A DNA stretch of 64,000 nucleotides, filler included, from Circinaria calcarea (taxonomy: Eukaryota), in assembly GCA_051942165.1 (NCBI GenBank). It is 16 parts of 16 records of this genome, joined end to end, with 100 filler letters (N's around TTAATTAATTAA, not from the genome) between each part and the next. Parts side by side here need not be neighbours in the genome. Positions count along the whole stretch, not along the records: positions 48,225 to 52,125 come from JAVECS010002562.1; positions 52,226 to 56,126 come from JAVECS010002563.1; positions 56,227 to 60,126 come from JAVECS010002564.1; positions 60,227 to 64,000 come from JAVECS010002630.1; 12 more parts are not named here. One strand, 5' to 3'. The position numbers and the translations under genes were made by a program. The notes below the pieces were generated by a model. That model did not search any database and had not been told where the DNA came from. It saw nothing but the letters and a program-made list of their open reading frames with translations. Below are positions 48,226-60,524 of this stretch, piece by piece; position 1 is the stretch's first letter; each line of letters begins with the position of its first letter.

Positions 48226-49710
48226 CTCAGTACCTCTCCACCCCTCCTCCCCTTATATTCCATCCCCTCTTCATCAGCTCTCCTTCCGCCTCCCTTTCAG
48301 CCGCACGATACACCCTCTACAACCATCTCCCATACCAACCCCGACGCCACCCTCAACGCCCTCCAGCGCCAAACGGCCCATCTCCAACAAACGCTGCAAC
48401 AGCTGCTCGACGCGCAGAGCCAGGGCCTCCTCGCCGGCCTCGGCCGTGCTCCTTCCCCTACTCCTTCCTCGTCCCCTTCCCCCGTCGCGGGCAGATCGAG
48501 CAGCGAGGATCGGATTCCCTCGCGGAGCAATTCCGTCGCTGCTTCGAGCGGTACCGAACGTGCGTCTTCGTCTAGGATAGCGGGGAGCCGTGTTCAGAGG
48601 ACGAGCCCTGCGCGAGAGAAAATCGGGTTACAGGGTGCGCGGAGGGGTATCAGGAAGGCACTGCGAGGTCTTGCGGCTGTGAAGGCGCAGGAAGCTACGG
48701 TTGTTTCCGAGCAGGCGGAGGAGAGGGCAGAGGTTCTGCGGGGCCTGGAAGTGGTAGAAAAGAAGCGCACGGGTATCGAAGATGCTATCCGGCGGATCGA
48801 GGCTCATGCCGCGGAAGGGAGGGCGGCTGTGCGCTCCCTGGTTGAGGAGGAAGGGGACCTAGACAAGGAGATCCAAGCGGCGGAAGAGGGGCTTAGGGTC
48901 CTCCGAGCCCGACGGACGAGGGTTGCCGCTGAGCGAGAACAGAGGGAGAACCGGTTGGAGGCGAGACTGAGTAGTTGGCGAGAGGCGCTGAGGGAGGTGG
49001 AGAGTGAGACACGGGCTCGGTTCTTGGAGGATCTGCCTGGAGAAGGAACAAAAAAAGGGGGGAGGGGGAAAGGGGTTTGGTCGTTGCCGAAGGAGAGGAG
49101 GACGGTAGGGTTGGTGCGGGAGCAGGTGGATGGGGAAAGGAGGGAGTTGATAGGAAGGCTAGAGGGGTTCGAAAGGGAGAGGGAGGCTTGTGTACTGGGG
49201 GAAGAGGTGTGGTGGGCTGTGGTGGGGGCCGTGGATCGCGTGGAGACCAGTTTGAAGCAGGAGGTGGAGAAACTACGTACCGGACACGATGGAGCGGATG
49301 GGGAGGGTATGCAAGGTATGCTCGGTCGCATGGACGAAGCCATCCGCGCCATCGAAGAAAAACTCGCGCTTGCGGAAGAAAAAGAGTGGAATCTCTTGGT
49401 CTGCTGTATCGGAGCCGAGTTGGAAGCGTTGCGGGAGGGCAGAGAGATGCTACAGACGGCGCTGAGAGAGGGCGAGGGCGATGGGGTCGAGAGTGACGGA
49501 GGGACGACGTTATCCCCTCTACGTGCTGTGGTATGTGGAGACGAGCAGGGAGATATTCTAGGCAGAGATGACAGGACGGGATTCGGTTCTACGCATGTTG
49601 CGCAGTTGCAGAAGGAGATGGTGCCAAGGCAGAGCTTTGTGGAGAGGGCGGAGGAAGATGACGATGAGCCCGGTCCGGAGCTGTTGTTCTCGCACCAGGA
49701 GGAAGATTGA
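48226..49710 (+). CDS. Atg28-like coiled-coil autophagy-related protein; start codon outside the contig
   Basis: Frame open from contig edge: LQQTLQQLLDAQSQGLLAGLG; GLQGARRGIRKA; EARLSSWREAL; LAEEKEWNLLVCCIGAELEA; DDDEPGPELL. Confidence 0.7.
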   Translation, partial: LSTSPPLLPLYSIPSSSALLPPPFQPHDTPSTTISHTNPDATLNALQRQTAHLQQTLQQLLDAQSQGLLAGLGRAPSPTPSSSPSPVAGRSSSEDRIPSRSNSVAASSGTERASSSRIAGSRVQRTSPAREKIGLQGARRGIRKALRGLAAVKAQEATVVSEQAEERAEVLRGLEVVEKKRTGIEDAIRRIEAHAAEGRAAVRSLVEEEGDLDKEIQAAEEGLRVLRARRTRVAAEREQRENRLEARLSSWREALREVESETRARFLEDLPGEGTKKGGRGKGVWSLPKERRTVGLVREQVDGERRELIGRLEGFEREREACVLGEEVWWAVVGAVDRVETSLKQEVEKLRTGHDGADGEGMQGMLGRMDEAIRAIEEKLALAEEKEWNLLVCCIGAELEALREGREMLQTALREGEGDGVESDGGTTLSPLRAVVCGDEQGDILGRDDRTGFGSTHVAQLQKEMVPRQSFVERAEEDDDEPGPELLFSHQEED

Positions 49711-49968
49711 GGTTGAGATCTACTAGGCAAGAAGCTTTTTCCCATTGAGGAATCCGGTGATATAGGGTGTATAAGGGCTATCTGTACGATTGAGTTTTGG
49801 AGCGCCAAATGAATGAATCAGCCATGATGGTTGTAGAGGCAGCAATTGCTTTGGTGACCGGGGCAAAAGATGGGATTTCAGCATTCCTCTAGGACAGTTT
49901 ATGAGTGACAAGTACAGAAAACATGCAACTCGGAAACTTCAAATCATTATTCATTCGTAAGATTTATT

Positions 49969-50885
49969 TCAACCCCGGCGTCTAGTCGTGGGACTCTTAG
50001 CTTTTGTGCCCGTGGAAGCAGAGGTACTAGACCCCATTGCTATCCTCTCAGGTTCCTTGCCGATTTCTCCAGCGTGATTTGCCGTCTGCGGGCTCTTCCA
50101 GTAGTAAACCATCTGCGCAGCCAGTACCGCATTCAGCAAGAAACCCGCAACGTATCCGTATAGGATCAGCTTGTCATCCACCTCCTGCAGCGTAGTGAAA
50201 ATCCTCGTCAGCGAGCCTACCAGGTAATTGAAGACCTGTTACTTCTGTTAGCCCTAGGAGTTTTCAATTGACCACCCGATGAACATACCGCAAATGCGCT
50301 CAACTGCCCCGTCCCACCTTGTTTCCATACCGTCCAGATCTGAGGTGCCTTGCTTGCAACCCCTAACACCCCGGCCCCCGCCATCAACTGTCCCATCAAT
50401 CCTGCATTCACAATCCTCTCATCGAATAGCGCCGCCCCTGCGACTGCCATTCCCGCAATGAATATCCCCGCCCCGGCGCTCTTCCCACCAAAATGCAGCA
50501 CCAGCGCCGCAATGACCACGTTTTGCGCCCCAATCAGCGCCGTCTCCCCGTAAGTGCTAAAAGGCCATCCCATGCGCACATTATAGGCGAGTGAGATGAG
50601 ATAAGCAGTCGTCTCGAGGAGGTAGGACGGGAAAGAGAGGCCCTCGGAAGACTGCGAAGAGAGCAGTTTGAGAAGTTGGGGGATCTTGACGATGGAGGAG
50701 ACGAGGAGGATGCCGACACCGAGGGATTTGGAGAGAGCGAGGCGGAGACAAGGGGTGTGCGTGAGGTCAAGGTCGAGGAGGAGAGTTTTGTAGCATTGAG
50801 GGCTGAGGAGGGAGCTTAGGAGAGAGGGGATGGGAGCTGGGAGGTTGTGCGTGATGGGAGCGAGGGTGGAGCGGAGGGCATCCAT
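49969..50885 (-). CDS. PQ-loop membrane protein, mannose-P-dolichol utilization defect 1 (MPDU1/Lec35) family
   Basis: CLRLALSKSLGVGI...SSIVKIPQLLKL..SQSSEGLS; PFSTYGE; SKAPQIW...TGQLSAFA|VFNYLVGSLTRIFTTLQEVDD; intron 50236-50288. Confidence 0.92.
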
Positions 50886-51838
50886 GGCCGGCGGTGTGAA
50901 GTTCGGTGAGTTTGCTCGAGTGAATAGAAGTTGACAGTTTGACACCTGTTTTGATTCAATACAGGGCTGCAGGGTACAAGAGGGTGCGTTTCGGTCAGCC
51001 CTATGCTGACACAGAATACTATTTAATGCCAAGCCATCCCCAAATATTCTCCTGTATTTTTCTTGTTACTGCTGCCATGTTGGTATAGAATCTATGGCCT
51101 GGTATTAATTAGATAAGGTTTATTAACATAACATAGCTCCGTTGTATTTTACAATAGAGCTACTTAAAGCTAGGGCTGGGGCCCCTTCTGTGCAGGTTAC
51201 CGGTATGTATTGGCTTTATGCACGTCTAGTTAGATGGTCTATTATCCCTAGTTCACAAATCGAAATAATCATCAGTCTACCTATCTCCATTGTATATCTC
51301 TTATTATGTATAGCAGCGTTCAAGCTACGAAAATCGAGCCTCCGTCTTTGGCTCAAACTGCAGTGTTTTCTCTACACTTTTCTTACTCCAGGTTCCGCTT
51401 GGATAACTGCCACAAGCCCATGTCCTCGGCTATATCATTCATATTACATTTACGTTCTCAGGTTATATCCAGACTATACCATGCTTTCCTGGAAGTATAT
51501 AAAATTATCTCACGTCTTTGATTCCGAGGGTAGTGTTATTCACAAGTGGCCGGACAACCTCCAGTATCATATAACTTCCAATTGCGGCCCAGCTGTAATA
51601 TTATCAGGAGTTTATACATCACATACACATGGCACTTTCAGGCTTCCATTGGGTAGGGTTCGCACTCTATATGTCAACCTAAAATGACTGTTCACGACTG
51701 ATTGGGTGAAACAACCTTTTATCAACTAACTAGAAGTACTCAGCTTAACCACAAACACTGACCGCTAGCTACCGTGCACCGAGGAGCACGCAAGAAGAAC
51801 GGCCTAGCTAGATCAAAGTAGACCTGAAAGGCCATCGA

Positions 51839-52125
51839 CTAATAGTCATCATATGGCGCATGCTTTGGGAAGTCTGGTACCCTCCGAACACAAAGCGAAG
51901 CGCATTCACAATCCGGCGCCTCCTTGTATCTTGCCCCCTTTAGCCCGTTCAACTCGTCATATGACCAGTGTTCGAAGCCCCTCTCCACGGCAGCCAACTC
52001 CACTTTCTCGTCGGCCGTGAATCCCCATTCGCTGGTAAAGTCGTCTCCCTCAAACACGACAGAGTTGGCACAGCCATATCTCGTACAGAAGGTCTTCACT
52101 GCCTTGATGATCCATTTCGACATGA
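51839..52125 (-). CDS. Possible 3' fragment of a hypothetical protein
   Basis: Frame open from the contig edge for ~95 codons with protein-like composition; no family recognised. Confidence 0.35.
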
Positions 52126-52600
52126 NNNNNNNNNNNNNNNNNNNNNNNNNNNNNNNNNNNNNNNNNNNNTTAATTAATTAANNNNNNNNNNNNNNNNNNN
52201 NNNNNNNNNNNNNNNNNNNNNNNNNCCCCCAGTCCTCCTTCCCCCCGATTCGATAGAGCCCAGTTATTTACCGGAGTTTCAAACAAGTGCGGAGGACCAC
52301 CTGCTGCTGATTACTTGTTTCTAGGCTCCGGGAGTCGGGTGTTTTCCCGTCTGGATGTTTGTGAAATAGGTGGAAAATGTAGAATGGAGAATGAGATGGG
52401 TAATCTGTCTGGAAATTTGGGACTTTATATATCTCTAGTTCAGGAAACAGCTAGCTACGCCCCTTTCCGGGGAGACTTTTCTTTTAGAGCTTTGGCTGGG
52501 GAGCAAGATTCTAAAGTCCTCTTCTCTCCTCTCCCTTGTTCACATTTCTCCCATTTGTGAGGGTGTGAGAACCGCACACCCTTTTCCCTTCTCGTTTGGT

Positions 52601-53651
52601 TTAGAGAATGCTCCAATCAATACCAACTTTCCACCGCTCTCCCTCACCGTCGCCAGATTCGATATTGACATCCCACACCGGCTTCTTGATCCCTACTTTA
52701 CCTCCTCTGCGCACCTCCCCTTCGCCCTTCCCCCGACCAAGTAATAGCCATTTCTCTTCCTTAGAACCCACTTCTGTTCCCCGGACCATGGTCAATCCTT
52801 GCCCTACTTTCACATCCCTCACATCCGTCCTTATACCCCCTTCTATCGTTCCGTCGTTACTCGCTGCGCTTTTAGTTGGAAGCTCTAGTATCCACTCGCG
52901 AACTGTAGATGCCAGGCCGCCCGGAATGTATTTCACGCCTCCTCGGCGATGAGGAGAAAAGGCCTCGGGTAAGGGGGTGATTTCTGGAGGGGCGATTGGG
53001 GGGGCCGGGATGAGAAAGGAGGGACGTGTGGGTACTTGGGAAGCGGGATCTTGGGGGGTTTGCTGCTTGGAGAAACAGAAACGCGAGTGAGGGGTTTGGT
53101 GGTTGGGAGGTAGCAATGTTGGATGAGGTGGGAGGTCGGCCTCGTCTTCTTTGCTGTCCTCTAGAGAGTGGGCGGAAGTCGCGGATAGAGGGGAGCTTGG
53201 AGAAGGAGAAGAGGAGATGTGGATTGTTTCGTACTTTGAAGAATACGTTGATTCTCGGCGTCGCTTGCGCAGTCTTGAAGCTTCTGTGGTGAGACCATCA
53301 TTGTCCTGGTCTTGTCTCTCCCCGATGTCCTCTACCGAAGGTTTGATGCTGTGAGATACGCCATTACCTTCCTGTATAGACAACTTTGCAGTTGGAGAAG
53401 AGGAAAATTCATCTATTTCTTCTCCCCTTCCCAGTGCTTGGAAAGTTGATCTTGCAAGACGAGATGGAAGCGGAGACGTAGATGCGTCTGGAGGCTCTGG
53501 ATCTTCTGCAAATCGGCGGGGGGCAAACTTTGGCGTGGGTGCAAATTGCCGGGGCGATTGTGATATAGTCTGTTGTGTTCGAAGAGAGGTGGGTTTGGTG
53601 AGTTGAGAATGGGAGGGGGTTTTCGTAATAAAACGATGGGGAGAGGGTGTC
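52601..53651 (-). CDS. Conserved fungal hypothetical protein (FSPHRR..KYIPGGLA motif, beta-rich C-terminus); start/first exon not resolved
   Basis: Frame extends upstream of the ORF call (TPSPHRFITK...QFAPTPKF...) to a CTAG that may be a splice acceptor; C-terminus PEAFSPHRRGGVKYIPGGLASTVREWIL...WLLLG...VGIKKPVWDV...WKVGIDW. Confidence 0.7.
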
Positions 53652-55651
53652 TAGAATATCTGAGCAGTAAACAATAGGGAAAGGATTGGTTGAAATTACT
53701 ATTGGTGGCAGCATTATTGCCGCAGTGCAAGATATGTTTACATGATCGTTTTACGGGGGGGAAGGATTCTGAGGACAATCAAGGAGCGCTTGGTTAGATG
53801 GGATCAAGAGGTACGGCGTGTTAGTGACATAAAGACAGCAGGAAACCAGTAACGAGAACATATTAGAAGCGAATAGGTCCTGATACTATGTCAGGATTCT
53901 ATACAAATCAGACGACATCTCGAGATGTTAAATCGGGTCATGGTAAGCGTGGTCACATGATCTCTCACGTCATACCCTTCCTAAATGCAGTGTGCCCAAC
54001 CCTACTTTACTCCTACACGGATATTATGATGATTTTTGGGTATAAGCCATTAGAAAGATTTGACTACATATCGTTGGCATATCTACTAGAATACCTTGAC
54101 GAAATCAGGAACTGAACGGTGACACAGTCAATCTTTTGAAGCTTTGAGCTTGATTACAAAGGGCGAGGACCATCAAGACTAACTGAATCTGATAACCTTG
54201 TAAGCAAATGTATAGTTGCATTGGGGTGGAGTAAGCACGGTACTCATTGAAGAGCATTCATTCGTATCTGCCCGCTCAAGTTAATGCAATGTGATAGAGA
54301 TACTCCGTATGGTTCCGGTCGACCGTCAATACGAGTTAGTCGGGGCTCTCAGTTGTATGAAGTATGGTGCCTGGAGAAATTTCAAGTCTATTCAAGTCTG
54401 TGTGATACAAGCGGCTGGCAGTTCGAGGTCTTATTCCGTCCGCCGGAATTTACCGTGGAGGTCGTTATGGACTTCTGTCGAAGATTCACCTCCTGCCCTT
54501 GTCCTCACCTAAGTTTCTTTCTTGTTTTCTTCGGCCGACTAGGAACCTCCCGTACTCTATTAAAAATCTTCGTATCCGGGGAGGTAGTAATTATGATTAC
54601 TGGCTAAGCAGTCCATTGGTCCATCAATCTCTTTTATGTAGTTTTAGCTATTGTTCATTAGATTTTGGAAATAAATAATCTTTTTACCGCTTTGTGCTTT
54701 AATATTCCTGTCAGGTCATTGAGAAATAGGGCCTATGCGATGATCTTTGATTCCTATGGATGAATCTTGGCGCGAATGTCCTTGGCTAATTTTTGAGATA
54801 TGGATTACATGGTTATCAGCAATTTTAGTAAGGAGCATCCGGTATCCGAATAACTATTTATAACACTCAAAACTACTAATCCGCTTTTCTTGACAAGGTT
54901 GCTACAATAACTGTTAGTCTAGAATCTCCACCGAATTCACAGGTAAAGACCCGAGAAATGGGCTCCTATCGGAAGGAACTTCGAATTGGAAAGCATTATT
55001 TTCGCAATTGCAAAAAAAGGGGTGGTACGAAGCACTCTGGCACTTGCCTAAAATGGACAAGCAGAGAAAAACGATCCATGAACTATTCAGCCAAACTTAT
55101 TAAAGCATTGGAGGAGTAAGTCTGAAACGATTGATGGATTTTGAGGAGGAGGTATTTAAGAGTGTGTATAGAGTTGAGCAAAGGTAAGAGTGAGGATTAA
55201 CAGGAATATCTGCAAGCTACAGGGCCAGATATTACTACTGCTGAGATTAAACGAGTTTTCAGACGAGAGCGGAGTGTAAGAAGACAGATAGCTGATGAGG
55301 GTAAGTAGAAACAAAATAGAGTGCTGAAATAGCATCCGCACCGAATACAGCAGACCTCGCTCAGGAAAATCTTGGGTGTCTACTTCACTCTGGTCTAAAC
55401 TCAAATTCAGTACTTGGATACTAAATTGTCTCGATCGATGCTCAAACACTTTGACCAGTGGGTCATAGTTAGAAACTAAGTTTACCGACGTCTTTCCTTG
55501 ATGAAGGCTAGTATTCAAGAAATTAGTTGGTATCTAAATCATCACCTATCTGCCATCTATATAAGAGTCTAATATCCATCCCCCTCTCTCTTTGTTTCTC
55601 AGTGCTCTCCTGTTTTCTCTATCCCATCCTTTATATACCAAAGAAGCATAC

Positions 55652-56126
55652 ATGATGATCGCACCAGAGCATTATCGAACCGCCAAACCACAAAACTCTT
55701 TGCACTTCCCTCCGCATATACCACCTAGAACCTTTGAGCAAAAAGTACCCTCCAGAACGAACAGTATCCCTACCTGGCGCATCTGCAGGCGCAATTATTG
55801 CGAACATGATACTTGTTCTATTACAGGACGGGTGCATGACGAGTGGAATGAAACAACTTACGACGACTGGTTCGAACGGAGATCTAACATCACCTGGGGT
55901 GTGAACGATGATGATGATAGGAAGATTATCCAGAAGATCAAGGCTCCGCCCGTGGACATAGTTCCACATGACGATTGGTTTTCTCACGAGCATGGTGCTG
56001 AAGATGACGCGATTGATCTGTTGAATAAGACCCTCTCAGAGTTCTCGATGTCTGGAGTCTATATACGTCCTGTCCCTTCTGGCACACCCACCACGAGGAA
56101 GAAAGTCAACGAGCGCAACACCACGA
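55652..56126 (+). CDS. Possible hypothetical protein, 5' part (cut by contig end)
   Basis: TATATAA at ~55557, CT-rich leader, then an ATG-initiated frame open to the contig edge; no family recognised. Confidence 0.4.
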
Positions 56127-56226
56127 NNNNNNNNNNNNNNNNNNNNNNNNNNNNNNNNNNNNNNNNNNNNTTAATTAATTAANNNNNNNNNNNNNNNNNN
56201 NNNNNNNNNNNNNNNNNNNNNNNNNN

Positions 56227-56978
56227 GGTTGTTAGCACCCTGCGTCTCTTTTTCTGGGGGGAGGGGGTGTGTTTCCTGTACTCTTTGTGATACAGAGGTT
56301 TGCTGGCCATCCGTCGTACGCTCGGTACCAGCAGCTGTAGACGTGGTACAAACCACTGCTGTGTTGAAAGTACGTGCCGTCAATAGCGAATTGATCGTAC
56401 GTGTTCAGCTGGGCTTTGAGAGTATATTCCGAGGACCATGGATCTGATCCACTGCCTTCCAAAACGAACATCCTACCAGAGTTAAATCAAACCGACCAGT
56501 CTAGGCGGAAACCCCCACATACCTATGATTCACGGCCGGACAGGAGAACTCGCAGAACATGTCTAACTCCGGCGGCGGAGAGTCGTTGGCCGGGTCGGCT
56601 GTGAAGATGACGAACCACGTCCCACCCACATTTTGGAGCTCGGGAGCCCAGAGGTCTGTCGAGTAGTCCGTGCCAGGAGGGGGTTTGAACAGGAGCTTCG
56701 ACTCGACATTGTTCCAGTCGCTGTGAAGCTGTCAGTAATTGATTACTGTCAACACCGGGGACCGTTACACACGTCAAGCCATGGCTTCGGTAAAGAGTGA
56801 TGTTGGCGCCGTTGGTAAACATTAGGTAATAGTAGTCGCCATAGCGGGTGACCCATGGATCTGCCCCAACGGCGTCCAGGATTGGGTTTGTGTAAGTCGC
56901 ATGGTCAATGGTCGAGTTTTGCGCGAGGACCAGGTGTAGGAGGGACACCAAAGCGACGAGCGCACGAACGGTATACAT
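56227..56978 (-). CDS. Secreted GH43 glycoside hydrolase (alpha-L-arabinofuranosidase-like), 3' truncated, multi-exon
   Basis: Signal peptide; YTNPILDAVGADPW (catalytic-base Asp), LWAPEL, HRMFVLE, FAIDGTYF (pKa-modulating Asp), YHVYSCW. Confidence 0.9.
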
Positions 56979-57460
56979 TTGGAAAAAAAGGAGAAAGGTA
57001 CCAGGCGGTACTCCATCGTGGAATGGAGAGGGGCAGTGACTGTCCTGAAGTACTCGAATTTCTCCTATCCCCGCCTATGGCCTATGCCATGTCTCCTCAC
57101 CAGTTCAATACAATGCCGTAGTGGGGGAAGTGCGGGGAGGCGCAAGATGGCGGACAAGGTCCAGCCATCCCAGTCCAGGTACAATGTACATCTCAGTCTA
57201 GGGACTTAGTTCAATGGTGGGATGGAGGAAATATGCAATGGCAGTCTCTGACTGGACCGATCACCTTCAACGTACAATGCGTCCAGTACAAGCACCATCG
57301 GCGGTGGTGCTCGTGCAGATTTACTCAGTCATCAACGAGAGATGACAATAGTGGCAGCCATGTCAATCTAGAAAGAGTCGATTGCTACAGAAGTAATGTT
57401 GCTCCGTCAATCTGCATTGTTCATATCTCCTGGTGGACATACTAATGGTAGCAGGGCACC

Positions 57461-59633
57461 ATGCTTGCCCCGTGCCCCCAATCAACAGATCCCGAGAGAG
57501 GCCCTCCCCTTCCCTCGAACCCAACGAAACGACCGGATTATACACACAACCAAGATGCGGAGGCATCCAATCCATCTAGCTCAGGCCTTGTCGCTCATAT
57601 CCAAACGTACCTTTACAGATTTGAGCGCTCCCTAGTCGCATACAATATCGAAACTAGAGGTGTCCAGCGCGTTGAACCGCACGAGACCCATCCCATTACC
57701 TGGAGAAACTACCTGCAGGCCTTTGTACTGTGGGTGTCGATCAACCTTGCCGCTGTAAACATAACGCTTGGTATGTTGGCGCCGACGGTCTTTGGGCTGG
57801 GCTTTCGAGATGCGTCTCTTTGTGCCGTGTTTGGGGCGCTGCTGGGGAGTGTGCCCGTGGCTTATATCGCTACCTGGGGGCCGGCGTCTGGGAATAGGAC
57901 GATGGTAGGTTTGTCGATTTTTTTCTCACTGGCCTGAGGTTGTTTCAATAGGATGATCATGCCTGGTGACGTGTTTGAAAGTATATGTCCGTTCTCGTCT
58001 ATCATGTCTCGCTGTAGTCGACTTTAATACGTTTACCTGGCCTTCTCACGAGACGCTTTGAAACGAGTGGCATGTCCCTAGAGGTCACTAAATGCAACAA
58101 AGCAACATAGATTATTTTGAAACGCTCTGTACAGCGATAGGATGACAGGACTGACCGAATTTTAGATATTTGCAAGATATACAATGGGGTGGTGGCCGAG
58201 TCGACTGGTGGTCTTGTTAAATTTGATCGTGCTTCTTGGATATGCATTGATAAATTGTGTGGTTGCGGGACAAATCTTGTCTGCCGTTTCGCCAAATGGG
58301 AGTATGTCCGTCGTTGTAGGTAAGTATCTGAAAGCGACCTGGGTACCAGTCTTCCATGCTGATGACGCTAGGTATCATCATTGTTGCTTTTATTACGTGG
58401 GGCGTCACCACATTTGGCATTCAAGTCTTCCATTACTATGAGAGGTTCGTCTCACATCTTCACTTGTGGATTTTAAGTACTTACTCGCAATCCTACAGAT
58501 TTGCATTCATCCCACAGTTGATAGTCATCAGTATCCTATATGGCGTGTCAGCTAAGAACTTTGATCTAACCACCGCCTCCGCCGGTGATTCTCGCACGGT
58601 TATAGGCAGCAGGTACTACGTCTCAGAGCCTAACTCCTTGAAGCACCTCAATAATTAACGTGCTTAGGCTGTCCTTCTTTTCCCTCTGCCTTAGTGCCGC
58701 CATAACCTACGCCGGTGGCGCAGCCGATTTCTTTGTCTATTATCCTCCCAGCAGCCTCAGTCTCCCTCTCTTCGCCTCTTCCCTCCTAGGTCTCATCCTC
58801 TCCTTTACACTTGCCCTCTTGATCGGCATCGGTCTTGCTTCCGGTGTTTCATCCAATCCCCTTTACGCTACCGCCTACGAGACTTCCCAAGGCGCTCTCC
58901 TTGTCGCCGGTTTCGCCCCTCTGAATCACTTTGGCAAGTTCTGTGGAGTGGTTGTGGCCTTGGGAGTCATTGCAAACACGATCCCACCGACATATAGCTC
59001 CGGCCTGGATTTCCAGCTTCTCGCCTCGTGGGCACAGAAATGCCCTCGTTTCGTGTGGAACACCATTGGTGTGATCATCTATGCCGTTTGCGCCCTTGCG
59101 GGACGTAACTCTCTCAGCGAAATATTTACCAATTTCCTTGCACTCATGGGGTACGCACCCCAGGCACGTGTAAAAACTCTACAAGTATGCTGATCATTCC
59201 CCACTGTCAAATAGATACTGGGTCGCCATCTTCATTTCCATCACTATCGAAGAACATCTCATCTTCCGCCGGTGGATGGGCCGAGGTTGGAACTGGGAGA
59301 ATTGGGATCGTCAGGAAAAGCTACCGATCGGTATCGCGGCGCTGGTTGCATTTCTCATCGGTTGGGCGGGGGCGATATTGTGTATGGCTCAGGTATGGTA
59401 TGTAGGGCCGATTGCAAAGGAGGTTGGGGAACATGGGGCTGATGTGAGTTTTTTCCTGGACATCTACCTCCTCTATGCACATTTACGAGCTTGACTTGGC
59501 TGTGCTATACAATGTACGTTGGCTAACACATACCTCTGGGCGATTGTAGATGGGAAATTATGTCGGCTTTGCCTTTGCGGCAGTTGTTTTTCCGCCGTTG
59601 CGATGGTTGGAATTGCGGAGGTTCAACCGATGA
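57461..59633 (+). CDS. Purine-cytosine permease (NCS1, FCY2-like), multi-exon
   Basis: IETRGVQRV, LWVSINL, GLGFRDA, WGPASGNRTM|..RYTMGWWP, GGAADFFVYYP, IANTIPPTYS, NFLALMG|YW, MAQVWYVGPIA, PPLRWLELRRFNR*. Confidence 0.92.
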
Positions 59634-60026
59634 TGGGGAATCACTTCTCCTCAGAGGGGATGATACCAGTCCTAAATTTTTCCCCTTCACACTGTCGAGT
59701 ATAGTTATGGTTAAAGTAAAGCAAGTACAAGAGCACATAACACACATTTTCGATACCTTTGTAAATACACACTGCACCCCGCTGCGACTCGCTAGATGGT
59801 TGTCTTTGAGTACCCAACTCTCCCCGTTTGATTCGTCGTACACATGGTCTCGGGTCTTTTCTTGCAATAAACCCCCTTTTTTTCCTTTTCCCCCCCTTTT
59901 CTTTCCATTTCAACCCATCCCTAACCACCTAAACCTAACCCCCCTTACGTTCTTACGTTCTTACGTTCCTTTTACCCGAACCACTCCCCTCCTCCTAGTC
60001 CTAGTCCTAATCCTACTTCTCCCTGG

Positions 60027-60110
60027 AACCCGTAACCCATAACCCATAACCCGTAACCCGTAACCCATAACCCGTAACCCGTAACCCATAACCCGTAACC
60101 CGTAACCCAT
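60027..60110 (+). repeat. (AACCCRT)12 heptamer array, telomere-like
   Basis: 12 perfect units; preceded by (CTTACGTT)3 at ~59943-59967 and CCTAGT-type hexamers at ~59994-60017. Confidence 0.95.
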
Positions 60111-60524
60111 AGGCCCCCTCTTTCTCNNNNNNNNNNNNNNNNNNNNNNNNNNNNNNNNNNNNNNNNNNNNTTAATTAATTAANNNNNNNNNNNNNNNNNN
60201 NNNNNNNNNNNNNNNNNNNNNNNNNNCATGAAGAAAAGTAGATAGCCAGAAATCATTCCTGTGGCGGTGTTCCCATCAGGAAAAAGGATGAGGCGTGACA
60301 GTTGTATCCAGAGATGTTCAAAAGTCGGGGGCGCTTAAGCAGATCAAGCGCCGGCAATTAATGACATGTGATATCCCGCTATTTTCTAGCGAAGAAGGGG
60401 AGGGAGAAAAGATACCCGCGCCAAGGAAACCGTGAAATACAAGCCTAAAAAATCCCCAAGCCTGAATATATTCGGAGCTAGTTACTGTATACTCCGCACA
60501 CCTACTAAACCACATCTTATTGCG

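Noticed and set aside
48804..49808. 334-aa Ser-rich minus-strand ORF
   Set aside because: Antisense shadow of the GAG/AGG-rich Atg28-like gene
51142..51687. 181-aa hydrophobic ORF
   Set aside because: TTG start, AT-rich intergenic composition and no motif; likely spurious
24809..56978. GH55, GH43 and transporters as a carbohydrate-utilisation cluster
   Set aside because: Separate contigs; no physical linkage shown
60027..60126. True chromosome end (telomere)
   Set aside because: Strand polarity is wrong for a 3' contig end and unique sequence follows the array
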